The notes under the pieces: generated by a model
What the model was told of the DNA's origin: nothing
What the model saw: the letters and a program-made list of their open reading frames with translations, nothing else
Databases searched by the model: none
From: Octopus sinensis
Lineage: Eukaryota
Assembly: GCF_006345805.1 (NCBI RefSeq)
Contig: NC_043008.1
Span: 48,174,001-48,238,000 of the forward strand
Reading direction: 5' to 3'
Length of the DNA: 64,000 nt
Shown here: positions 54,222-64,000 of the stretch, piece after piece
Layout: each line of letters starts with the position of its first letter
Numbering within the stretch: position 1 is the stretch's first letter
Program-made: the position numbers and the translations under genes

Positions 54222-54478
54222 CATCGGTAGTTCTGAACCAGTTCTTGCCTGTGGATTTCTTTGGTCCCTATTCCACTCTGCTGGACCCTCGTAGCTGTTC
54301 AGTGTTTAAAAACAAAATCCTATTTTTATGATGAAATATTATTAGGAAATGTATAACGAGATTGTTAGAATATTTTGTGCATTCCAGAAGTAGAACCAGT
54401 TTATTGCAGATAAGTTTTAACAACGAAATCTCATACGGGCACCCTAGGGTCATGTGGACCCCAGGTGAGAGCCATTGC
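54222..54478. mobile_element. Possible hAT-type MITE
   Basis: Ends resemble CAGTGGTTCTCAACC-type TIRs: CGGTAGTTCTGAACC ... GGTGAGAGCCATTG. Confidence 0.4.
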
Positions 54479-55280
54479 TTTACATCCAACTCCATATTGC
54501 ACACACACACACGTACACACACACACGGTAAATCGTCTCCAAAACTACGACGACGGCCAACACTACCACGACCACCACCACCATTACTCTCTCTTCTCTT
54601 CTCCCTCTCTCTCTACTTCTCCGTCTACGTCTTTTCCTGCACACTAAATAAACCCATATCTGAATTAGTATTTTGTAGATGCGAACTTGGATCATTAGTT
54701 TTTAACGACTTATATCTAATATCTTGGTTAGATTGACATTTTTTCTCCTTAAAGACACATTAAATACTACAATGACGACAATAAAGCGACATTTACCGTT
54801 TTCGAAAAGGCGAGAAAGCGATACAATTTCAAAACCTGTTTATGCCATAAATGTCATTTGAAACACAACGATTTGTCCAGATTATTAAATTACTGTAAAA
54901 TTTAAAACGAAAATACAAAGCAAAGAGAAAGAAAACATAATAATAATAAATACAAATATAACAGAAAAAAAAGCAAAATTGTAAGGAAAATGTAGACGTG
55001 AATAATTGCGAGGCGAATTTAGGAAAGCGACAGGTTTTGGATATTTAAGATGCGAAGGTCGCCAGCATCAAGGAACGAAATGGCAGAGCGATTGGAATTC
55101 TAAAAGGGTTCGTGTATGTGGTAAAAAAGTGTAAGGTAGCAGACATTATCCATCTATCTATCCATCTGTCTATATACACGTCTACCTACCTATCTATCTA
55201 CCTACACGTCTACCTATGTATCTAACTATATATATACGTATATATATTTGATGGTATGTATGCATGCGTGTATGTATGTT

Positions 55281-55333
<53 letters not shown>

Positions 55334-55900
55334 GTGTGTGTGTGTGTGCGTGTGTGTGTGTAAACATGTGTATTACGATACGAACGAACAGTGAGTGTGT
55401 ACCCAACCTCGCATTTGATGGATAAAAAAGATTCGGTATTTCTAAATTAAATATCCTACCAACTGTTCCATACCTGAAGATCTGTATTTTTTCAAGTGTT
55501 TCACATAAAAATGTTGGTAATCCGCCTCCATGTTGGATGAGACAACGTTGGGATTAAACGAAATTTTACGAGACTTCAAGACGTTTCTTTGGTTAAGAGA
55601 GGCACAGCTAAGGGGAGTTAACTCGTTTAGGGACCTGCCATTTCCCTTGCATTGGTTCCGGTTTTTGCAAGTATCAGTGCAAAATGTTGCGTCCAGTAAA
55701 GTTGAGTTGCATTATACGAGAACATTCAGACGTAGCTATACACATATATACATATATACAACATGTAACACACGCTGGCACTTTTGTGGGCCTCTGTGCA
55801 CGTCTATTTTATCCTTTATGAAGTTTGCACAGGTTTTAAACGTTTATTAGAGCCGAATCTGTAATTTCACAAATTACATTTTACAAATCACGTAATCTTT

Positions 55901-55971
<71 letters not shown>

Positions 55972-56094
55972 TATAATATATATATATATATCTATATATA
56001 CAGTTTAGAATTCCAGCATGACTTTTTCGGAATATATACATATTATGCATATTCTGTATTTATCCTGGTTGGTTAGGTGGTAAAGGTAAGATAG

Positions 56095-56470
56095 ACGAGG
56101 GATTATGCTTGAAATTTCGTAGCTTGAGTCGTGTGTGCGTGCAAGTAGAGAAGGGTTTCTTCCTTAACTTTCAAATGTTCACCATTGAAGTAATGATGTT
56201 TAATTCCTCTACGGTACAGAGATTGCATCTGCTACCTCATCCATTATATTCGCCGGCCTAAGTTATGATGCTCCAGCATATTTGGGGGTTCTCCACGTTT
56301 CTATTTTTAAATTGTTGCATGTCTTTTATGGTTGTCTCTAAACGAAGCCAAGTGCTGCGAATATCTTTCCCTGAAGGCATTTGCAGTCGTCTTGATGTAA
56401 GATCTTGTGGTGCCATCAATGTCAGTGATATTGGCCTTGTAAAGCAGATCTGTTCCTTGGCACATCACCC
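56095..56470 (-). mobile_element. Penelope-like GIY-YIG endonuclease C-terminal fragment (second PLE)
   Basis: CQGTDLLYKANITD...RSYIKTT.NAFRERYSQHLASFR; after a frameshift ICWSIIT*AGEYNG*GSRCNLCTVEELNII...STCTH. Confidence 0.85.
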
Positions 56471-56552
56471 TCTCTCGCTTTCTTTCTCTCTCTCTCTCGA
56501 TACAGGCACACACTTATACACACATACATACATACATACATACATACATACA

Positions 56553-56584
<32 letters not shown>

Positions 56585-56618
56585 AATATATATATATATA
56601 TATAATTATATAAATACA

Positions 56619-56820
56619 TAGCAAGAATTTACAAGAAAAACAAAAGACGAAGACGGGTGTGTAAACAACAAACAGGTGTATTAGTTTAACGCTCGGGAGG
56701 TGAGAAAGTCTTTTACGTTTCGAGTCTACGCTCTTCATCAGAAAGGAACGCAGAAATAAAGAGGGAGAGAAAATAAAAAAGGTCTAGTGGCTAGTGATCT
56801 ATCGGTTCTAAATTGCGAAT
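56619..56820 (-). mobile_element. Short PLE-type repeat (family D)
   Basis: Homologous to 51152-51299 and 63414-63600. Flanked by TA-rich tracts. Confidence 0.85.
56709..56745 (-). ncRNA. Minimal type-I hammerhead ribozyme motif (canonical CUGAUGA core)
   Basis: Minus strand CCTTT CTGATGA A GAGC GTAG ACTC GAAA CG TA AAAGA gives stem I, core, stem II hairpin, GAAA, palindromic ACGU stem III and a GUA cleavage triplet. Confidence 0.65.
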
Positions 56821-56840
56821 GTTATATATATATATATATT

Positions 56841-56886
<46 letters not shown>

Positions 56887-57171
56887 TTGCTCGCTTAGCC
56901 AACGGTGTGGCGTCATTTGAAGGCTAAAACAATGCGAAGCGCATTGTAACCGGCGGTGTGTAGCAACATCTGATAGCCTGGTCGGTCACGGTCACGGTGA
57001 TATATATATATATGTGTAAGAACTTACTGTGGACGAAATAGGGAGAAGTAAAACAGTCGACAACTGACGAGGTGTTATCTTCTTTTGGTTTTCTGTTCTG
57101 GACTTTTCTCTCCTGTGTTTACATATTTTCCACCCGCTGGTGATGTCCTGTACTTAATGTATATTATATAT

Positions 57172-57234
<63 letters not shown>

Positions 57235-57239
57235 GCATA

Positions 57240-57363
57240 TATACAACGGGTTTCTTTCAGTTTCCATCTGTCAAATCCACTCACAAAGTTTTGGTCGGCC
57301 CGTGGCTATAGTAGAAGACACTTTCCCCAGGTGCCTCGCAGTGGGACTGAACCGGAAACCATG
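57240..57363 (-). mobile_element. SINE family B 5' part
   Basis: TTTCTTTCAGTTTCCATCTGTCAAATCCACTCACAAAG...GCAGTGGGACTGAACCGGAAACCATG. Confidence 0.88.
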
Positions 57364-58019
57364 ATGTGTATATGTATGTGTCATTCAGGTAATATTATGT
57401 CTGGTGACGTAGATACAATTACCGTTCGAGGTTCACTAAATCCTAAATACTCCAGCTTGAACCCAACTGAAAACAAACACGTTACATGTGATTGGCTCTA
57501 GGTGGCGCTTCAGTCGAACAGTTAAACGCATCAAAAGATACAACTATGAACTGATAAATCACCTGTTGTCAGTTTTGAATGTGTAATTTACATATTTAAA
57601 CATAGTGGGGCAGGGTTAAGCTACGAGAGTACAGACCTTCCGACTTTCTTACGATCTTCTAGTTTTGTAACAATTCTAGCCTCATGTTTGCCAATATTAT
57701 GCAAATGTTATAGTCAAACCTGACACCAGTTGTTTTGCTTCATTAAACTTCCAATATACATATATACATGCATATATGTGTATGTGTGTGTGTATGGATA
57801 TTATACACACACACATATACCTGCATATGTGTATATATATATACATGTGTGTATGTATATAGATATGTATTTTGTAAGCATATATGTGTATGTGGAAATA
57901 TAAATTCACATATAAATGCACATATATATATGCACATATAAATGCACATATAAATACTAAAATATTAATATACTAATATTTGCACATATGAACATTCAAA
58001 GTGCACACACGCACACACA

Positions 58020-58057
<38 letters not shown>

Positions 58058-58485
58058 AGCAATGAAAAGGGAGTGTGTTGGCAGTAGAAAAAAAACAAAC
58101 CAAAAACTTAGTTGTTCGCCATGGGGCTGGCAATTAACGCACAAAACACAACCGGGTCTGCTTCCATTATAGAAATTAGTAAAATGCTGTTTAATATAAA
58201 AGCGAAACGCCACCACCTCCACCATCGCCCACCACCACCACCATACATACACAGAAGAAGCATAGACATACACACCTAAAACACTTATACATTGATAGAG
58301 AGATAGATAGATACATATATTCATAGGTACATACATAAATGCACACATACATGCATGCATACATACATACATACATATATACACATACATACATACATAC
58401 ATACACACATATATACATACATACATACATACATATATACATACATGCATGCATACACACATATATACATACATACATAAAAAGA

Positions 58486-58802
58486 CTCCGCCGGTTACGA
58501 CGACGAGGGACCCAGCTGATACGATCAACGGAACAGCTTGCTCGTGAAATTAACGTGCAAATGGCTGAACATTCCACAGACACGTGTACCCTTAACGTAG
58601 TTCTCGGGGATAATCAGCGCGTGACACAGAGAGTGACAAGGCTGACCCTTGAAATACAAGTACAACTCATTTTGCCAGCTGAGTGGACTGGAGCAACGTG
58701 AAATAAAGTGTCTTGCTCAAGGACACAACGCGTCGCCGGGAATCGAACTCACAACCTTACGATCATGAGCCGAATGCCCTAACCACTAAGCCACGCGCCT
58801 CC
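58486..58802 (-). mobile_element. SINE family C, full length, well preserved
   Basis: Minus head GGAGGCGCGTGGCTTAGTGGTTAGGG (A-box) ... GAGTTCGATTCCC (B-box), then TGTCCTTGAGCAAGACACTTT core-like motif. Confidence 0.95.
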
Positions 58803-59038
58803 ACACATACATACATACATACATACATACATACATACATACATACACATACATACATACATACACCACATACATACATATAAGCATATATACATACACA
58901 CCACATACACATACTACATATTACATACATACCATACATACATACACACATACATACACACATACATACATACATACATCCATACATACATACATACATA
59001 CATACATACATACACACATACATACATACATACATACA

Positions 59039-59072
<34 letters not shown>

Positions 59073-59400
59073 CACATACATACATACATACACACATATA
59101 TACATACATACATATATACATACATACACACATACATACATACATACATACATACATACACACATACATACATACATACACACATACATACATATATACA
59201 TACATACACACATACATACATACATACATACATACATACATACATACACACATGCATACATACATACATACATACATACATACATACATACATACATACA
59301 TACATACATACATACATACATACATACACATGTACATACATAAATACATACACACACACACACACATACATACACACAGCCATGCACGCTCAGACACACA
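58803..59400. repeat. Long (CATA)n compound microsatellite
   Basis: Direct read. Confidence 0.97.
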
Positions 59401-59840
59401 CACACACCGAGTCACACCTCCTCTCCCCCCACCCACACACCCCACCGTCTTCGATGACGAAATCGGTGAAAAACACGAAGAAAACGAAGAATATTCCTTA
59501 CAGCTGCTTAATATTATTAAATTGTTATTAAGATTGCTGAAAATAATTGAATTACGAAGTAAATTAATAAATTAATTAATATAATTAATAAAAGTTATTA
59601 GTGGTGGAATGTGTAAGAGGGGAGTAAGAGGGGGGAGCGGGGTGAGGGCGGCGGGGGGGTCAGGAATATTCTGGAAGATTGTTGTCGCTCGATTCGTTTC
59701 TTGAAATGGTTGTTGTTGTTGTTGCTGTTGTTGTTTGGCCCGAGGTCATCATCCCGTGATTTAACACACCTATGGCAAAAGACGTTCCAGCCGTGAACAC
59801 CATGTATGTGTGTGAATATGTATGTCTGTACATGTGTGTG

Positions 59841-59871
<31 letters not shown>

Positions 59872-59872
59872 G

Positions 59873-60035
59873 TCTAGTCGAAAACGTCGCACAGACAAGG
59901 GATCACATTTAAGGGGTTGCGTTTTTGCCATGATGTAATCTAAGAATGCATCAATTAAATGCTTTACATACATACATACATAAATACATAAATACATACA
60001 TACATACATAGACACACACATACATACATCATACA

Positions 60036-60071
<36 letters not shown>

Positions 60072-60362
60072 CATACATACATACATATACATACATACAT
60101 ACATGCATACATACATACATACACACACATACATACATACATACATATATATACATACATACATACATATACATACATACATACATGCATACATACATAC
60201 ATACACACACATACATACATACATACATATATATACATACATACATACATATACATTCATACATACATACATATACATACATACATACATACATACATAC
60301 ATACATACATACATACATACATACATACATACATACACACACATACATACATACATACATAC

Positions 60363-60393
<31 letters not shown>

Positions 60394-60963
60394 CATACAT
60401 ACATACATGCATACATACATACATACATGCATACATACATACATATACATACATACATACATTACATACATACATACATTACATACATACATACATACAT
60501 ACACACATGCATACATACATACATACATACATACATACATACATGCATGCATACATACATGCATACATACATGCATACATACATACATACACACACATAC
60601 ATACAAACATACATACTTACATACATACGTACGTACATACAAACATACATACATACATACATACATAGACACATACATACATACATACATACATACATAC
60701 ATACATACATACATACATACATACATACATACATACACATTTGTGATGAAGGTGAGTAAACCGAAACTTCGAAGTCCCTCTCAACCTTTCCCTTGTAATA
60801 TTAGAAAACATGTCTTCTGCTAAACGACATTACGTCATTCCGAAATTGAATGTTGGATCGTTTTTCTTATAATTTGACATAAAAACAAATTTTACACACA
60901 TATACACACATATATACATGCGTGTGTGTGTGTAAAAATATAAATTATATATATATATATGTG

Positions 60964-60994
<31 letters not shown>

Positions 60995-61810
60995 TGAGAG
61001 AGAGTGGGAAGAGAGAGAGAGAAAATATACATGTGCATATATTTTATATTTTTACACACACACACACGCATGTATATGTGTGTGTGTGTGTGTGTGTGTA
61101 AAATTTGTTTTTATGTCAAATTATAAGAAAAACGATCCAACATTCAATTTCGGAATGACGTAATGTCGTTTAGCAGAAGACATGTTTTCTAATATTACAA
61201 GGGAAAGGTTGAGAGGGACTTCGAAGTTTCGGTTTACTCACCTTCATCACAAATGTGTGTGTTGTATGTATGTATGTATGTATGTATGTACGTACGTACG
61301 TACGTACGTATGTATGTATGTATGTATGTATGTATGTATGTATGTATGTATGTATGTATGTATGTACGTACGTACGTATGTATGTATCTATGTATGTATG
61401 TATGTATTATGTATGTATGTATGTAATGTATGTGTGTATGTACGTACGTACGTACGTACGTATGTATGTATGTATGTATGTAAGTCTGTATGTATATATG
61501 TATGTATGTATGTGTGTATGTATGTATGTGTCTATGTATGTGTGTATGTATGTGTCTATGTATGTATGTATGTATGTGTCTATGTATGTATGTATGTATG
61601 TGTCTATGTATGTATGTACGTATGTACGTATGTATGTATGTAAGTATGTATGTGTGTATGTGTCTATGTATGTATGTATGTATGTATGTATGTATGTATG
61701 TATGTATGTATGTATGTACAGCATTTAATTGATGCATTCTTAGATTACATCATGGCAAAAATGCAACCCCTTAAATGTGATCCCTTGTCTGTGCGACCTT
61801 TTCGAGTAGA
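59873..61810. repeat. 1.94-kb inverted duplication (unique plus microsatellite arms) centred on a TA/GA tract near 60990
   Basis: 59873-59965 pairs with 61716-61810. (CATA)n 59965-60737 faces (TATG)n 61258-61716. 60738-60900 is the exact reverse complement of 61095-61255. Confidence 0.95.
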
Positions 61811-62270
61811 TATTTTCTCCTTTATTTTATTTTATATGATCATTAACGACCGGACGGAGCTATCAACTAATTATGATAGTTTCTCGGAAATAGTTTTAAA
61901 CTCTGCGTCTCTGACCCACGTCCCTAATAAATTCGATCGTAACTTCTCAAAAATGCACTTGTTTCATCATAGTTGAGGGAGGGCTACTCAACTTTTTATT
62001 TCTGGTTTACTTGTTTATATGTTAAAAGTCTCCGGATGATGGTGGATTTTTGCTATAAGCCATCTAAGATTGCGTTCATAAAATGCTACCGAAACAGCTG
62101 TTGTGACTTTTAAACTCCACTTGCGTTCTTATTTAAACATAGGCTACACTTGGAAGCATCCCTGTTGGACCTACAGTTTATATTGGATTTGGTACTAATC
62201 TCTACATATCTGTGTGTGTTTGTGAGTATTTATATATATATAGCTCTATGCGTGTATCTATAAATCTGGA

Positions 62271-62548
62271 TCTCCGTCACTTGAGTGTGCCAGTTGATCC
62301 GATCAACGGAACAGCTTGCTCGTGGGTGAGTACTCCACAGACACGCGTACCCCTTCACATACTTCTCAGGGAGATTCAGTGTGACACAGAGTGTGTGACA
62401 CGGCTGGCCCCCTTTGAATTACTGGTACTACTCATTTTTGCCAGCTGAGTGGACTGAAGCAACGTGAAATAAAGTGTCTTGCTCAAGGACACAATGCGTG
62501 ACCGTGAATCGCAAGCCGAATACCTTAAACACTAAGCCACGCGCCTTC
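62271..62548 (-). mobile_element. SINE family C
   Basis: GTTGATCCGATCAACGGAACAGCTTGCTCGTG...CACTAAGCCACGCGCCTTC. Confidence 0.92.
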
Positions 62549-62564
62549 TATAAATATAAATGTG

Positions 62565-62648
<84 letters not shown>

Positions 62649-62769
62649 TATAGTGAACTAACAACAAATGACAATTGTAAGTTACCTCCAATTGGAGGTT
62701 CAACACTACGGACCCAATCAATCCTGGCGCCTTACATCTTGATATTCCTAGATTCTAACGAACCCTGCA

Positions 62770-62819
<50 letters not shown>

Positions 62820-62851
62820 ATATGTTATATATATATATATATATATATATA

Positions 62852-63196
62852 TACTCTTTTACTTGTTTCAGTCATGTGACTGCGGCCATGCTGGAGCACC
62901 GCCTTTAGTCGAGCAAATCGACCCTGGGACTTATTCTTTTGTAAGCCCAGTACTTATTCTATCGGTCTCTTTTGCCGAACCGCTAAGTGACGGGGACAAA
63001 CATATACACACATACATATATATACATATATACGACAGGCTTCTTTCAGTTTCCGTCTACCAAATCCACTCACAAGGCTTTGGTCGGCCCGAGGCTATAG
63101 CAGAAGACACTTGCCCAAGATGCCACGCAGTGGGACTGAACCCGGAACCATGTGGTTGGTTAGCAAGCTACTTACCACACAGCCACTCCTGCGCCT
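62852..63196 (-). mobile_element. SINE family B, full length, well preserved
   Basis: Head AGGCGCAGGAGTGGCTGTGTGG (A-box), GGTTCAGTCCC (B-box), CTTGGGCAAGTGTCTT core-like motif, tail AAACAAGTAAAAGAGTA. Confidence 0.95.
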
Positions 63197-63261
63197 ATAT
63201 ATATATATCAGAAATACTAAATGTCTAAATCTCTCGTAGAGACATGTACGATGGTGGGGCG

Positions 63262-63383
63262 ATAGAATAGTTGTATACTGTCAATCTAACACGAACGTGA
63301 CAGTAGGGGGTACACCACCTAGGGCTAAACCGCGGTGGTGTACCCCCTACTGTCACGTTCGTGTTAGATTGACAGTATACAAC

Positions 63384-63391
<8 letters not shown>
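63262..63391. repeat. 130-bp hairpin (58-bp arms, 1 mismatch, 14-nt spacer)
   Basis: 63262-63319 versus the reverse complement of 63334-63391. Confidence 0.97.
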
Positions 63392-63413
<22 letters not shown>

Positions 63414-63414
<1 letters not shown>

Positions 63415-63600
63415 GTTGAAATTTACAGCAAAGCAAAAGACGAGGAGAGATGTGTGAACAACAAACTAGTGTTTTAGTTTGACGCTCAGGAAAGTGAGAA
63501 AGTCTTTTACGTTTCGAGCCTACACTTTTTCAACAGAAAGGAATAAGAGGAAGTAAACATTGAGAGAGAATAAAAAACTTGGGGATTTAGCGATCAATCA
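63414..63600 (-). mobile_element. Short PLE-type repeat (family D), decayed hammerhead at 63503-63541
   Basis: Homologous to 56619-56820. Core reads CTGTTGA AAAAGTGTAGGCTC GAAA CGTA. Confidence 0.8.
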
Positions 63601-63603
63601 TAC

Positions 63604-63634
<31 letters not shown>

Positions 63635-63679
63635 TATATATATATTTTATATATATATATAATATTTTATAGTATTATA

Positions 63680-64000
63680 TGATAAAACAAGTCAAGATAG
63701 AAAATGCTAAAATAATTTTATAAAGAACATTTCAGTACCGGTTTCGGTCATTTGAGACCTTTTCAACTGTAACAATTAAATAATTAAATTTAGAAAAATT
63801 AACAGAAAAGTTTTTTAAAAAGAATATTTGTATAGTATTCAAATACAAGGGGCATTTTTTTGTTTCTGTCTGTCTCTGTCTCTCTTGTTTACTCTTGTGG
63901 GTTCAAGGTCGTTGAAATATATATATTTCGTTTTCGGATTTGGTTTGCAAGATTCTTTATGTGAGTTCGTGTGTTGAAGCATTTTCTGTTGTGTCTGGGG
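63680..64000 (-). mobile_element. PLE-type 3' end repeat (family G), runs off the window edge
   Basis: Reverse-complement homologue of 5995-6245. Contains the hammerhead motif at 63733-63769. Confidence 0.75.
63733..63769 (-). ncRNA. Minimal type-I hammerhead ribozyme motif with U3-A8 covariant core
   Basis: Minus strand CAG TTGAAAA GGTC TCAAAT GACC GAAA CCGG TA CTG. Confidence 0.55.

Noticed and set aside
58486-58802. SINE heads as true tRNA genes
   Set aside because: A/B boxes are present, but there is no complete cloverleaf or acceptor stem and they continue into SINE bodies.
58763-61737. Long ORFs (up to 322 aa) of MYVC/HTYI repeats, and similar YI/CV/SIYL ORFs throughout
   Set aside because: They are translations of stop-free microsatellites, not genes.

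Overview
Eukaryotic, AT-rich, repeat-saturated DNA. The SINE families and extreme microsatellite load point to a coleoid cephalopod, most likely Octopus (inference from recognised repeat types, not a database result). No intact protein-coding gene is evident: most ORF-track entries are translated microsatellites, and only a few isolated splice-flanked open segments are exon candidates. The window holds about 25 tRNA-headed SINE copies of three families, which I label A, B and C. Decayed transposon coding remnants include Tx1/L1-type LINEs, R4/Dong-like LINE pieces, a Ty3/Gypsy K02A2.6-like pol lacking RT/RNaseH, two hAT transposases, a near full-length piggyBac (PGBD3-like) fossil, a mariner MITE and several Penelope-like element (PLE) fragments. 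It also holds a 32-bp minisatellite and many microsatellites. The most interesting signals are three. (1) At least three sequence families of minimal type-I hammerhead-ribozyme-like motifs sit in short PLE-type repeats embedded in (TA)n tracts, including one canonical CUGAUGA core and one U3-A8 covariant core. (2) There is an unusual density of fold-back structures: a 1.94-kb inverted duplication, 234-bp and 130-bp near-perfect hairpins, and a snap-back inside a LINE RT. (3) A PLE shows twin-priming-like 5' inversion geometry.
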